This document shows positions 10,443 through 21,175 of a stretch of DNA of 64,000 nucleotides, in pieces; positions within the stretch are counted from its first letter, which is position 1; every line of letters starts with the position of its first letter. The stretch is from NCBI GenBank assembly GCA_000002435.2, contig CM018791.1; one strand, 5' to 3'. The translations under genes were made by a program, and so were the position numbers. The notes under the pieces are model-generated. The model searched no databases and was not told the origin of the DNA. It saw only the letters and a list, made by a program, of their open reading frames with translations. The stretch comes from Giardia intestinalis (Eukaryota).

Positions 10443-13400
10443 ATGGATCTCTATGTGGTCCAAGAGCTCTTTATGTCCAGGTCAGCTCCTGATAGTTTTG
10501 TCTCTACGCTTGAGGGACAGGCAAGGCTTGTTCCAAGAGTTGTTGATAGCATACTGTCTGTAGATCCTGGGTCTCTCGTTGTAACCGATCTTCCCTACGA
10601 TTCTGTTGATAAGATCGCCAAGCGATACGCCGTTCTCCATAAGGACGCAGTGCACACATTTTTTGCTGCATCTGATGGAGGATTTTCTGGCCATGAGCTC
10701 TCTCTTCCCAAGACTCCAGGATACTATTTGTCGACCATTCTTTGTGGTACGCGTGTCCTTGTTACTGGTTTTTCACACCATGCACGCACAGAGGCCGCCG
10801 TTGTCTCATCACATGCACGACAATTGGGTGCCGAAATATTGACCACCAAAACGCTTGAGGACGTCCTATGTCATCTTCGTGGTAACAATCCTGTGTATAT
10901 TCTTGTGCCTAGCTGCAGTCGAGCCTTGCAATTTCTTGGGGCCCTGCTTGCTCATAAAAACCACACAGGGAACCAGAGGATTAGATCCGCGATCACCGAT
11001 GTTGACATTCAGCAGCTAGCAAAGACGTTTGTTACAACTGATTTCATTTATCAGCTGATGTATAACAGAGCCTCCCCCCAAGTCCAGTTCAGGCTTTTAG
11101 TATCTGAATGCTTTGTTCCCATTTTGTATGGTATGCCTCTGCGCTGTATTGGAGACGCGTCTCCCGCATCTACCCTTGCTCTTCTTTTGGCCGGAGCAAT
11201 CTTGATACGATCAGAAGAGTTGCAGCCAGCGTCCTTTTACGCCGTTCAAGAATCTCATAGAGCCTCCGCAGCATTTGCTCTCTCTACTTCGCAGAAAGCC
11301 TATTTTTCTTGCGCAAGCACACTGTACCATATTCCTCGACTCTTCGGGCAATACAAGGCCAGCTTAGTTGAGCACTTCTTCAAACATCTGAGTCCCTGCG
11401 TTGATCTGGATATCTCAACAATAGAACAGTGCAAGCATACAATGTCTGGCAGCATTTCAGCTGTAGGCCAAGGCGGTCTAGCTCTAAGCACACTTTCAGG
11501 GGCTGATGGATCAGTAGAGTCGTGCTTGACGGGGGAGTGTCACCTCCTTCAAACTTGCAGATATAAGCAAATAGTAACGTATTCGGAACAAACACTTAAC
11601 GGACTCACAGCGCTGAGTTTGGCCTGCCAATCCGTATCAGTTCAGATCAAAGAGAAGAGCATTTTCAAGAGTCAACGCAGCATCCTGAATGACAACTTCT
11701 TGTCCATTAAGTACGCTCAAGGAAGATATAGCGAGCTCATTACTTTGCTGCAGGTGCGTCCTCTTGTCTGCACATTCTACGTGTCTCCCAAATTTACTCC
11801 TCTATCTAACGCTCTTCTCACTTCGCTGAATAAAGCCTTGATAGAGTATATTCAACTAATCGTTTATGGAAATTCTATCCAGTGGCATCTGCTTAAACAG
11901 TCCCCTCTTTTTACCGTTCTCCAGGCGATACTTCGGTTTCCCTCGCCAGACCCTGCAGTGTACACTGGCCCTGAGAGGAAAGATTGTCATGAGCCACCCT
12001 TAAAACAGTCCCAGAGTGGTACAGATATTGATAGTATTTGGTGCAAACTGCAGTCTAACGATAAGCTTCTCAAGGACCTTGTGTGCATGCTTCTTCACTC
12101 CTCCATATCGTTTATTCCTTTTTCTCTTCTTGCTACTCTGTATCCTTTTGTCAAAGAGCGTCTATTTGTAATTGTCGACCCGTCTTTGCTTCTAGTGATG
12201 GACACATACTTAACTGATAGTTCTTTCTACAAAGACATCAAGTACCCACTAGAGCACGCAATCCCTCAGATCCTAAAGAACATGCAGCAGTTCTATGCTA
12301 CGTTCTCCTCCGACCAGTTTTCCTATGAAAAAGAGCCATCTATTACCTACACAACCGAGCTATGCAAGGACCTTGAGGAATGTGCTTTGAACGGCCTTCC
12401 TGCCTGTCGTTCATATTCATGTGCAGACGCCATAACAGTTGAGTCGCCATTCAGCCCCGGTTTTCTTTCTCTCAGCCTTCATTTTCGTAGCGTGATCTGG
12501 CTTCAATTGGTAATGGAACTGCTTTATATGAACTTCATCAACGCACTCTTATCTAAAGAGGAGACTATCCCTGCTCAGACGCCATTTTGCTTGTTTTCTG
12601 AGCTTAGCCAGCCTTGTCCGGTTTGTAACAGCAAGCCAACGTACCCTAGCACACTTTCTCTCCTGTCCTTCCTATGTAATGGTATGCATAGCGTCCTAGA
12701 ATTTACAGGTATCGATTTGACCAAAGTGGCGCACGTAACAGGACACCAGTCTCCCCCTGGATACTTACACTGGAGCCTGCTGGCAAGAGTAGATGCACAG
12801 ACAGCTATGGAGGCGGGGGAAATTATAATAGAGAGAGGTTGTGCACGTACTAAGGAGGTAAAGGAGCTCTGTGGAACCTGCCACCGGTTGAATAGGATAT
12901 TCCATCCCAATTTGAGCGCACAGTACCTCAATACTTACAGGCAATCCCTCTACAACCGAATCGCCCGGACGCTCATTACATCCCTCTCGCTGGCTTGGTA
13001 CGATGACAATAAGTTGTCGATGATCGCCAGGAGGGTAGAGGTTAGGCCGGAAAGCGTGTCAATTCTGGATTTCATGTGCAATCTGTCTAATACGAGCATA
13101 CCAGAGATACGGCCCAACGGAGTACACCTTCCCACCTTCCTCGCTACTTTGTTCAAGGAACGAGGAAACTATGGAGTTGCAGAGACAAAAGGCCGGAGGG
13201 AATATGGAATGATGTACCAAGCTGCAATGATGGCATACCCACCTACCCAAAGGGAGAACTCAGCCGCCGGCTTGGCTAAGGATCCAACCCTCTTCTATGA
13301 CCTGGAGAGCACAGCAGTTGTCAGTCACAGCTCAACCTTTATACGGACAGAGAAAACCGACCAACATGTATACAATTTCACCGCTCCAGAGGAATCATAC

Positions 13401-13445
13401 GACGATCCTCGGTTCCGGAAGCGATCCCAGCCAGGTTCCGACTAG
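10443..13445 (+). CDS. hypothetical protein (1000 aa), no recognisable domain
   Basis: Long uninterrupted ORF with plausible protein-like composition. It is not dynein-like: no P-loop AAA2 motif. It overlaps the downstream convergent gene by 4 bp. Confidence 0.5.
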   Translation: MDLYVVQELFMSRSAPDSFVSTLEGQARLVPRVVDSILSVDPGSLVVTDLPYDSVDKIAKRYAVLHKDAVHTFFAASDGGFSGHELSLPKTPGYYLSTILCGTRVLVTGFSHHARTEAAVVSSHARQLGAEILTTKTLEDVLCHLRGNNPVYILVPSCSRALQFLGALLAHKNHTGNQRIRSAITDVDIQQLAKTFVTTDFIYQLMYNRASPQVQFRLLVSECFVPILYGMPLRCIGDASPASTLALLLAGAILIRSEELQPASFYAVQESHRASAAFALSTSQKAYFSCASTLYHIPRLFGQYKASLVEHFFKHLSPCVDLDISTIEQCKHTMSGSISAVGQGGLALSTLSGADGSVESCLTGECHLLQTCRYKQIVTYSEQTLNGLTALSLACQSVSVQIKEKSIFKSQRSILNDNFLSIKYAQGRYSELITLLQVRPLVCTFYVSPKFTPLSNALLTSLNKALIEYIQLIVYGNSIQWHLLKQSPLFTVLQAILRFPSPDPAVYTGPERKDCHEPPLKQSQSGTDIDSIWCKLQSNDKLLKDLVCMLLHSSISFIPFSLLATLYPFVKERLFVIVDPSLLLVMDTYLTDSSFYKDIKYPLEHAIPQILKNMQQFYATFSSDQFSYEKEPSITYTTELCKDLEECALNGLPACRSYSCADAITVESPFSPGFLSLSLHFRSVIWLQLVMELLYMNFINALLSKEETIPAQTPFCLFSELSQPCPVCNSKPTYPSTLSLLSFLCNGMHSVLEFTGIDLTKVAHVTGHQSPPGYLHWSLLARVDAQTAMEAGEIIIERGCARTKEVKELCGTCHRLNRIFHPNLSAQYLNTYRQSLYNRIARTLITSLSLAWYDDNKLSMIARRVEVRPESVSILDFMCNLSNTSIPEIRPNGVHLPTFLATLFKERGNYGVAETKGRREYGMMYQAAMMAYPPTQRENSAAGLAKDPTLFYDLESTAVVSHSSTFIRTEKTDQHVYNFTAPEESYDDPRFRKRSQPGSD

Positions 13446-15274
13446 AAGCCATCGCTGTCCTCATCGTCTCCATGTCTCTTGGCGAGACTTTGGTAATATG
13501 ATTCAATGATCGTCCAGCTTTCACGCTCTATCGCTATGTGCTTCATCAGCTGGAGGTACTTCTTCACTACCTCTATCCGCTCCCTGGTTCCTATGCTGGG
13601 CTGAATGCAGTAAAACAGACCTCGAACGTACAACTTGGTCATCTCTGCAGTGGTTACATCCACAGAGTGAATGAGTAGATAGAACAGGGGTATGATCAGA
13701 TCCAGCTCTATCACATCGTTAAGCCCTTTCAGTTCAGACTGGATCTTCCCAACGACCAAGCAACCAGTTATACCAGCCCTGACAGGCAGGACAAAGCCTC
13801 GCGTGGCATAAATGTCCTTCTCCAGCAGCTTCTGGGTGAATAAGCTCTCTAATCGGGAGAACTCTTTGGAAAGCCCAAAGACCTGCTTAACCTTCTGCGA
13901 GAACATGGGCTGTATGTTAGTGGGACAAGCCTTGGAGTCTTTGGCGCTTTTGACACTTTTAGTCCCTTCTGCACTACCTGACTCACGAGACCCCTTGGCT
14001 TTAAGGAGGGTCTTAAGCGAAGAAGCAATTGGTACACTCGCATCACGGAGCACGCCCCTGGCTAAAGTCCTTGTCGTCTGGGTTGTTAGTGAGTCTAAGA
14101 CATGTATGCGTTGGTCAAGAATTGCTTCTGGCATGGACAAAATGGAGGACAGAAGCATGTTGCGAATGACGGCACTGAGGTCTTTGACATACATCACAGA
14201 GAGAAAGCGGTGGTACCTCTCGCAGCCAAGAAACACCTTCTCTAGGGCGTACACACAGTGGTTAAATTGCTTACGCAATATTATAGTGAATATGGCAAAG
14301 AGCTCTGTCAGTGTACTCGAGTGAACGGCAACCATGTCATTCTGCGACTGCCGAATTCCCTCTCGTTTGAGCTCATTCTTGTACTCTTTCAGCTCGATAG
14401 CCAAGGACCTCTGTCGCTTCGTCATTTTCTTGTTAGACCTCACCGTCTTGAGCTCCGAGTCCAGGCGCTTAAGGAAGAACTTGATGCCACGACCGGCGCT
14501 GGGATCCAAGTCAGAGACCCCGTCTGCTATCCGCAAGCCTAAAAATATATCAAAAACAAACATGTGCTTGATGGAGTACCTAGCCTTCTCCAAGTACTTC
14601 CCAAGAGAGATAACAAGGTTGTTCGCTGTGTAGCCTATCTTGTCCAACTCAATTGCTGAAAGAACCTTGTCCTTTGCATTGCCGTTTCCCTGAAGACAAA
14701 GCCGAACCAACTGCCTCTGTCGCTCTTGAAGCTTACGCTGCCGTTCACGACTCAGTCCAGCAAGAGGCCCGTGGCCGCCGACATCTTTGAGGAGGATGTC
14801 TAGTGAGATATCAATCTCTTCAGTTAAGCGATCACTGAATCTACTAGATAACGCCTCATAGTCCGCCAAGAAGCTGACAAGCTCGGCAACAATCTGCCGT
14901 GAATCCGGAGAGGCCATAACTTTGGTACAAAGAAATGCCATCTGGGATCGGACGGCATCCTCGGAGATGAAGTACGCCTCCTTAGACGCATAAGCGTGTC
15001 CTTTTGGCTTGACACGCTGCTGTTCAATAGACTCTTCAGTGCTGGCGGGTGCGACAGCAGGTTCCTCTGTGGGGTTAGAGGTAAAGGAGCCGTCTGGCGC
15101 TCTATATAAAACTTCTCCGGTTGCTAAGCGGATGGGGAGCCGCATCCGCTTCCGCGGGGGATCTGCAGCATATTCCCGCTCGTAGAGCTGCTCCTCATCT
15201 TCGTGTTTGCCAGTAGTGTGCCAGTCTGTCATCGTGGCCACTGCAATCTTTTTAAATTTTTTAGAGGCGAACAT
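13442..15274 (-). CDS. hypothetical protein; weak resemblance to CBF/NOC-type nucleolar pre-ribosome proteins
   Basis: 610-aa ORF. The N-terminus is K/R-rich, followed by long alpha-helical-looking segments. The domain call is impressionistic only. Confidence 0.4.
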   Translation of the reverse strand: MFASKKFKKIAVATMTDWHTTGKHEDEEQLYEREYAADPPRKRMRLPIRLATGEVLYRAPDGSFTSNPTEEPAVAPASTEESIEQQRVKPKGHAYASKEAYFISEDAVRSQMAFLCTKVMASPDSRQIVAELVSFLADYEALSSRFSDRLTEEIDISLDILLKDVGGHGPLAGLSRERQRKLQERQRQLVRLCLQGNGNAKDKVLSAIELDKIGYTANNLVISLGKYLEKARYSIKHMFVFDIFLGLRIADGVSDLDPSAGRGIKFFLKRLDSELKTVRSNKKMTKRQRSLAIELKEYKNELKREGIRQSQNDMVAVHSSTLTELFAIFTIILRKQFNHCVYALEKVFLGCERYHRFLSVMYVKDLSAVIRNMLLSSILSMPEAILDQRIHVLDSLTTQTTRTLARGVLRDASVPIASSLKTLLKAKGSRESGSAEGTKSVKSAKDSKACPTNIQPMFSQKVKQVFGLSKEFSRLESLFTQKLLEKDIYATRGFVLPVRAGITGCLVVGKIQSELKGLNDVIELDLIIPLFYLLIHSVDVTTAEMTKLYVRGLFYCIQPSIGTRERIEVVKKYLQLMKHIAIERESWTIIESYYQSLAKRHGDDEDSDGF

Positions 15275-18200
15275 GCTTTTTTAAATCTGAGTCCGTGCCG
15301 GACCCTAACGTAATAGAAGATATAGACGGTATCATCTGAGAGGCTCTTCCCCTGCTATAGAACTCTCTCCTTGTCAGTTTTCCATTCATGAATGTAATAC
15401 TTTCAAGCAATCTATCTATTTCCTTGTCTTTACCTATTGATGCCTCCTTCGTGCGTGGGAGAATAAGTGCTAGGTGCTCGCTGTCCAGAAGCACACATGG
15501 CAAGCTTAACACAGCTTTTCCAGGATTGTTGTCGGTCTGAAGAGAGAGATGGAGGTTCAAGTTGGTATTCTGAGCACATGTGACATAGTTGGTTACTGTG
15601 GTACGGATGTTTCCGCGCGAATAGAGGCTGGGTGTACCTGCTTTTAATTCTAAAAAGTCCTCCTGGTGATACAGAGTAAGTAGCTTGTGCTGCAGCTCTA
15701 CGCATCTCTTACGCGTGTACTCCTTCAGTATCTGCGAAGACGCTTCGGAAGGAAGAAAATTAAGATCGTCGTTATCGCTTTTAACTTCGTCCACGGCTCC
15801 TCCAAACGAAAGTAAGTACAAGAGGAGTATCACATCCACCTGTATGTTCTTATTTGGAGGGAAGAGACAGTCTATTGTGGGCATTGAGCTGCCCCAGTTA
15901 CTCGTGGGTGCAGTGAATAGTGTCTTGAGAGGCAGTTCATTTGGAGCTCTGAGATAGGTGAGAGGCGGCTGGCAATTTCTTAAAAGATTGTCAATATCAC
16001 TACTCTTTCCATTGACAAAATTCAGATGGGTTAGCATCTGTGCCGTCGCCTCTTGGACTCCAAGGTCTTGTTTCTGCCGTTGATCTACTCCCAGAGTCGC
16101 AACGCTGTTAGATAAAAGTGAAGACAGGTTAGGATTTATCTGTGCAAGCTCAGAAACGCTAACTGTGCTGGGAAATTGTGTGAGAAGATCTGAGAAGAAC
16201 TTCTGTTTGTCCGGAAAACCGATATTTAAGAGTTCTTGGCCAGCTTGTAAGGCGCTCATATTGGGGTTGGTGGGTACGGTGGCAAATATATGCTTAGAAA
16301 AGGCGGAGGGCTCCGACTCCCTTGCTTCTTTAAGTTGTGAAGTCAACCCGGCAACGGGATTTGCTGCTCCTTGGGGAATATCATCAATTGGCTGAGTAGC
16401 AGGCGCTTCCATTGCATTTTCTACAGTCTTGGACGATGAGGACAGTGATGACGACGATTGTGGCAAGAATGACGAGTGTACTGGGGATGGAGACGGAGAG
16501 GACGGTGATGATGAGGATGATAAGTCATGAACATCTATCGTGTTATTTTCTATAGCATGAACCGCGGTTTTTGTGGTTGTGACGGAGGAGTCCAGAAAGG
16601 CTCGCTTATGGCCTTCCCATGCTTGTTTGATATTGTCAGGTGTACCAGTAAATATTTGATCATAGACGGAAATAAATAATGATAGTTGGTCAGCCGGTGC
16701 CCACAATTTTGGTGCCGTAGGTTTGACTGAAGGGTGAGGAGCGTTATCCGTGTTGAGGTGTTTGTAGTATTGATAAAATTCTCCTTCCTGCTGAGTTACG
16801 CTCATAGGACTAGCTGGTCGTGATTGCCGTATCATGCGCGACCATTTAGTGATCAACTCCAGCAAAGGTGAGCTAGAACTACCAATCTGCTCGGCCATTG
16901 GAATGTCATTCATGGACAGAATATTGTGAGAATTAACACAACACGCCTCCTGTGTATTGGGATAATCAGTGCATTCATCAGAATCAATAGTAAATATGAT
17001 CTCACTGTTGTCAGACATGGGAGGCTGAGAATAGTAAGAGGTGTTCATCGAGCTAAGTGGAGGGTCACTTGCCCTTGTCTGGTCAGCCTGGTGATCCGTG
17101 ATCGTAGCTGAATTGGGGATAGACAAGTCAGCAGAATCCAGTTGGGACTTAGACTGTCCAACCATAGTAGCGCTGGAAATGGATACTGGCGCCACTGCTG
17201 GGTGCACTGCTGGTTGTACAGATAGTGGCATGACATTTGGTGCCTGAGAAGCTACCTTGCCCACCATGGCACCTGGAGCTGCTAATTGAGTCAGCACAGC
17301 CGACCCCGGTATCAGCTGGGCTATTTGCTGTGCATTCTGCTGAAGAGCAGCAACGTATGGGGCCGGTTGAGAACCAGTTGTTGCATAGGCTGCCAGTCCC
17401 TGGTAGTTCGCTCCCAGTATTGGCTGATGAGCTAGAATACGGTTTGAAAGGGCAGTCGCATATCCTCCTTGTTGATTAGTAACAGCACCCGCCTGCAGCT
17501 GGGGTATAGTGAGGACGCGTATCTGGGGGCCTTGACCAGAAGCCATAGACGTTGAGGCAGCCATATTATTTGTACTGCCTTGGGCTAGAGGCACATTCCC
17601 CAGGGCTATGATGTTGGGCCCTGGATTCACGGCATTTGGGCCAAATATGTTTGCGCTTGTCAAAGGATTGGTCACTCCGTTATGAATAGGAATGGGAATG
17701 ATAGAGGCGGCATGCACAGGGATGTCTCCTTGCACTTGTGAGGCTCCTGCGGCAGTAGCAAGATTGGCAGGCGTCAAGAACTGATTGACGTGTGAGTCGG
17801 ACCGGCGACCAAACACCTGTGGTTGAGGTTGCTGCTGCTCAGACTTAGCAAAAGCTGCGGACCCAGCGGGTGCACTGTACACTATCTTACTACGCATATC
17901 TACCCCAGGGGCCTGGGGCTGTGATGCACTGGCAAACTTTTCCACGTGCTTTTCTGCTTCCTTTATTTTCTCACTTAGTGCACTCTCGTATGAGCTAGGC
18001 CACGGGGCCCCGACAGCAACAGGAGTGGCCGACCTTTTCATAAATGTACCAGGATTAATTTTTCCCTGAATTTCAATCCTTAAGTCTTCATCGCTCAATG
18101 TAGGCGAAATAAAAAGTCGCCTTTGAATTATCAACCCTGCAACCTTCTTTGCTTGCTTCTCCAGCATCTCATTCTCAATATTTTTGGTGAAAACAGTATC

Positions 18201-18332
18201 TGGGAAGACCTCTCGAAGTCGTCGCTTTAACTTCAAAGCCGCGTGGATGTCGCTGAAAATCATGACGACCGGCGAGTCGTCCACTATCACCGTTATGGAT
18301 GCTACCTTCGCCTTGTGCTCATTTGGGATCAT
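15261..18332 (-). CDS. hypothetical protein with long Q/A/P/S-rich low-complexity core
   Basis: 1023-aa ORF. Its stop overlaps the start region of the downstream same-strand gene by 14 bp. No recognisable catalytic domain. Confidence 0.5.
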   Translation of the reverse strand: MIPNEHKAKVASITVIVDDSPVVMIFSDIHAALKLKRRLREVFPDTVFTKNIENEMLEKQAKKVAGLIIQRRLFISPTLSDEDLRIEIQGKINPGTFMKRSATPVAVGAPWPSSYESALSEKIKEAEKHVEKFASASQPQAPGVDMRSKIVYSAPAGSAAFAKSEQQQPQPQVFGRRSDSHVNQFLTPANLATAAGASQVQGDIPVHAASIIPIPIHNGVTNPLTSANIFGPNAVNPGPNIIALGNVPLAQGSTNNMAASTSMASGQGPQIRVLTIPQLQAGAVTNQQGGYATALSNRILAHQPILGANYQGLAAYATTGSQPAPYVAALQQNAQQIAQLIPGSAVLTQLAAPGAMVGKVASQAPNVMPLSVQPAVHPAVAPVSISSATMVGQSKSQLDSADLSIPNSATITDHQADQTRASDPPLSSMNTSYYSQPPMSDNSEIIFTIDSDECTDYPNTQEACCVNSHNILSMNDIPMAEQIGSSSSPLLELITKWSRMIRQSRPASPMSVTQQEGEFYQYYKHLNTDNAPHPSVKPTAPKLWAPADQLSLFISVYDQIFTGTPDNIKQAWEGHKRAFLDSSVTTTKTAVHAIENNTIDVHDLSSSSSPSSPSPSPVHSSFLPQSSSSLSSSSKTVENAMEAPATQPIDDIPQGAANPVAGLTSQLKEARESEPSAFSKHIFATVPTNPNMSALQAGQELLNIGFPDKQKFFSDLLTQFPSTVSVSELAQINPNLSSLLSNSVATLGVDQRQKQDLGVQEATAQMLTHLNFVNGKSSDIDNLLRNCQPPLTYLRAPNELPLKTLFTAPTSNWGSSMPTIDCLFPPNKNIQVDVILLLYLLSFGGAVDEVKSDNDDLNFLPSEASSQILKEYTRKRCVELQHKLLTLYHQEDFLELKAGTPSLYSRGNIRTTVTNYVTCAQNTNLNLHLSLQTDNNPGKAVLSLPCVLLDSEHLALILPRTKEASIGKDKEIDRLLESITFMNGKLTRREFYSRGRASQMIPSISSITLGSGTDSDLKKHVRL

Positions 18333-18709
18333 TCTTACCCTTGAAATTTTTTAATTGGAAGAAAGCTCAGGTTATACGAGAATAAGTATTTTGATATTGA
18401 ATGCTACATGAGAATAAGGTAAGGTCAGTTCCTCCAGAGATATATCTCTATCTCAGGATAACAACGTGAGCTTTTTCAAAGTACTCCCATAATTCACTGC
18501 AATTTGAACTACAAGTTAACGAGGCCAGCACGAGATCTTGTGACGCTGCTGATGGGTCGTGACTTCTAGTTACTGGTAACCCTGCTGGCACAATGTCTTT
18601 ATAGAACGGTGTCACAAAAAGTGTTCAATTGTTTAACTGCTTAGTTGTCTAGGCATTTGAACACCTCCTCAGCACCATCCTAAGGACTTTCTTATGTTTG
18701 CTATGATGT

Positions 18710-19057
18710 CTACGCCGCTTGGACTTCGTAATTTTCAACGACAGGAATTATGGGTTTGAGATGGGCAACTGTAAGGGTTGTGCCAAAACGCCTGCAAGTG
18801 TCCAGGATAGTCTGACATGGCACAATGGCATCTCCAGTCGAGTTGATAAGCACTGCTTCGAGCTGGGGTATTTCAAACGCCCGAGCTGCTAGGCGAATGA
18901 CCTTTTCGGTGGATGAGGCTTCTGGGATGTTAAATACATGGTACGTGTAGAAGGGGTCAAAACCCTTATATATCTTGACTTGAATCATACGCTTCTGGGC
19001 CAGATATGCCTCCTTGAGCTCGTCAGAAACGGGTATTGTCTGGCTAATCATCTTCAC
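18710..19057 (-). CDS. ubiquitin-fold protein resembling UFM1 (no C-terminal Gly)
   Basis: 115 aa. The pattern VKIYKGFDPFYTYHVFNIPE...AVLINSTGDAIVPCQTILDTCRRFGTTLTVAHLKPIIP parallels the UFM1 pattern FKITLTSDPRLPYKVLSVPE...AIITNDGIGINPAQTAG...L.IIPRD. There is no terminal VG. Confidence 0.35.
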   Translation of the reverse strand: MKMISQTIPVSDELKEAYLAQKRMIQVKIYKGFDPFYTYHVFNIPEASSTEKVIRLAARAFEIPQLEAVLINSTGDAIVPCQTILDTCRRFGTTLTVAHLKPIIPVVENYEVQAA

Positions 19058-19241
19058 TCTTTTGTTTAATCTTGAAGTTTTAATCCTGAACCAGCCTTTG
19101 AACAGAGATTGAAGTAGTATGTGTTATTACCAATAGTTGTTACCAATAGTTGTGTTGCCGCCTCTACCTCGTATCCACTCCAGCTCACTCTCAGCGCAGA
19201 CTAATAGCTGTGTACTTCGCGAAAAATTAAATTTTAGGTAA

Positions 19242-20906
19242 ATGGATACCTCCTACATCCACTCAACACCTTCTATGACAGCTGGGCTTCTCCCGGCATT
19301 CATATATCCTCCTATTACTCCGCGTGTGGCCCCTACGCGCGAAATAAACCATCTTCTGGACCAGTCCCATGCCCTGGCCTCAAGGTGCGAAATCCCGCAA
19401 TCAATCAAACTTTTTCTAAAAGCCGAGCAATTGTGGAACGAGCATGGAAATATTAGTAAGGAAGATCATGTTTATCTTCTCGTTTATCGTGGATTTCTAT
19501 ATAGTTTATATTACCAGACCGCAGAAGATAAAGTTGGACGCGCTGGCCTAGAGTTGGCTGTGGTGTGTTATATGGAGGCAATTGATCTTGCAGAGTCAAT
19601 CTTGCCCCACACAGCTGACACGGCACTCCCAAGGATGTATCTTGCTCTAGAGCTCTACTATGCACGCTGCTACGAGAAGGCTACAGTCCTGCTCAAACAG
19701 GCTGAAGCAATAGTGCGCAATGCTGAGGGTCCTCGATCTCTTTTAGTCCATATGTGCTCATACAACATACTGGCCTGCTATGTAGTCATGCTGCAGTACA
19801 GTAACGAGTACCGTGCAGGCTTAATCTCCACTCTCGCTGCTGATCAACTCCATGGGAGCGACACACCTTTTCCAATAGATCATCGTTTAATCAAGGAGCT
19901 AGGCAGTCTTGGCGTGCAGTCGCTCCAAGGCCTGGGCCAACAGTATAGGTACTTAGACAACATCATTTCAAATGCACAGCTGCTAGAGCCACCAGAGCAC
20001 AAGAAGCTCGATGAGCTACTTGCTATGGGTCTTGGCCAGCAGGGAGAGCTGTTCCGGAAGGACGTTCTGGAGAAGATCAAAGGCAACCCACAACTATATG
20101 AAGGATGCAATAGTCTAATCATGTTTGACTTTTTGCAGAGTAGCGAGTTTTTGCAGGCAGGATCTCTGGGAATATGCCAGCCGGAAGCTCTCCTTGGCAA
20201 AGAGTTACTGGACAGCAAAACTGGAAGCCCTGGAGCAAATGCATCGTTACTTCTCCAAACTACTGCAAACAATGGACCCCGCATCAGTTCACTTGCTAGA
20301 GATCTCACTGAATCACGGTACAGACAGGAGCAAGAGCGCTCTATACCAGCTACACATGCCTCGTCCCCTTGCTTAATTAATCAACAAGTTATGAATGCAG
20401 GTACTTATTCACTCTCAACGCCATCAAGTGGTGTACCCAATGCCCGCTGTCCAGCAAACCCCGCTGGCGACCTTGTTGGCATAACCCCGCCTGGAACAAG
20501 AGCCATGAACAGCAACCATAGTAATCCAGACATGGAGGCCTCCATATCCTACAAACTAAACTTCCCGGTAGAGACCTTGGCATATACAATGGATGAAGAC
20601 GACCTGTACGCCGTTATAACAGAATTGGGTTCGATTGAAAAGTCTATGCGCCAGATGGTTGGAAGCACACATTATTATACTACAGCGGTCCAGCGTCTGC
20701 GGCGTATATGTGAAGGGCTCCAAGAGGCAACCTTGCTAAGAAACGACAAAGACGTGATGGCTAGGGGGCTCGATGCATTCAAGCACAAGTTCCGATACTT
20801 ATCATCAGTTGAGGTAAAGCCAAAAATGCTGGGCTCTGGTGGCAAGCCAAAGAAAGAGAAGGGCGCCAAAGGTAAGAAAGGTAGCAAAGGCAAGGTAAGG
20901 AAATGA
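19242..20906 (+). CDS. hypothetical protein with Lys-rich C-terminal tail
   Basis: 554-aa ORF. The C-terminus ends KPKKEKGAKGKKGSKGKVRK. Confidence 0.5.
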   Translation: MDTSYIHSTPSMTAGLLPAFIYPPITPRVAPTREINHLLDQSHALASRCEIPQSIKLFLKAEQLWNEHGNISKEDHVYLLVYRGFLYSLYYQTAEDKVGRAGLELAVVCYMEAIDLAESILPHTADTALPRMYLALELYYARCYEKATVLLKQAEAIVRNAEGPRSLLVHMCSYNILACYVVMLQYSNEYRAGLISTLAADQLHGSDTPFPIDHRLIKELGSLGVQSLQGLGQQYRYLDNIISNAQLLEPPEHKKLDELLAMGLGQQGELFRKDVLEKIKGNPQLYEGCNSLIMFDFLQSSEFLQAGSLGICQPEALLGKELLDSKTGSPGANASLLLQTTANNGPRISSLARDLTESRYRQEQERSIPATHASSPCLINQQVMNAGTYSLSTPSSGVPNARCPANPAGDLVGITPPGTRAMNSNHSNPDMEASISYKLNFPVETLAYTMDEDDLYAVITELGSIEKSMRQMVGSTHYYTTAVQRLRRICEGLQEATLLRNDKDVMARGLDAFKHKFRYLSSVEVKPKMLGSGGKPKKEKGAKGKKGSKGKVRK

Positions 20907-20914
20907 GATGCGGC

Positions 20915-21175
20915 CTACACACTAATCAGCCGTGTATGCACGTACACCTGAGACCTATCTGTGATTCCACACTCGTGAATAGTCATTTCTCGCTCCAATT
21001 CATAGCCATTATATGTGAGGACCATGAATTCTGGCTCACAGCAATAGAAGCGTTGAAGCATCGTCTTCAGTTCGAAGATGGTATGATTGGGGTCAACATC
21101 CACAGCTGCTTTCACGGCATTGTCATCTGTCGCAAATACCCACATTTTGGTCTTTTCTAATTTTAAAAATGTCAT
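20915..21175 (-). CDS. small ubiquitin-like (beta-grasp) domain protein
   Basis: 86 aa. The segment LTYNGYELEREMTIHECGITDRSQVYVHTRL matches the ubiquitin beta3-beta5 pattern (xIFaGkxLeDxxTLxdYxIxxxSxxhL). Confidence 0.4.
   Translation of the reverse strand: MTFLKLEKTKMWVFATDDNAVKAAVDVDPNHTIFELKTMLQRFYCCEPEFMVLTYNGYELEREMTIHECGITDRSQVYVHTRLISV

Noticed and set aside
10443-13445. Downstream 1000-aa ORF as the continuation of the dynein heavy chain (same frame, 18 bp after the stop)
   Set aside because: Its translation has no AAA2 P-loop or any dynein motor homology. Reading through the stop would not restore the conserved MVPDY continuation.
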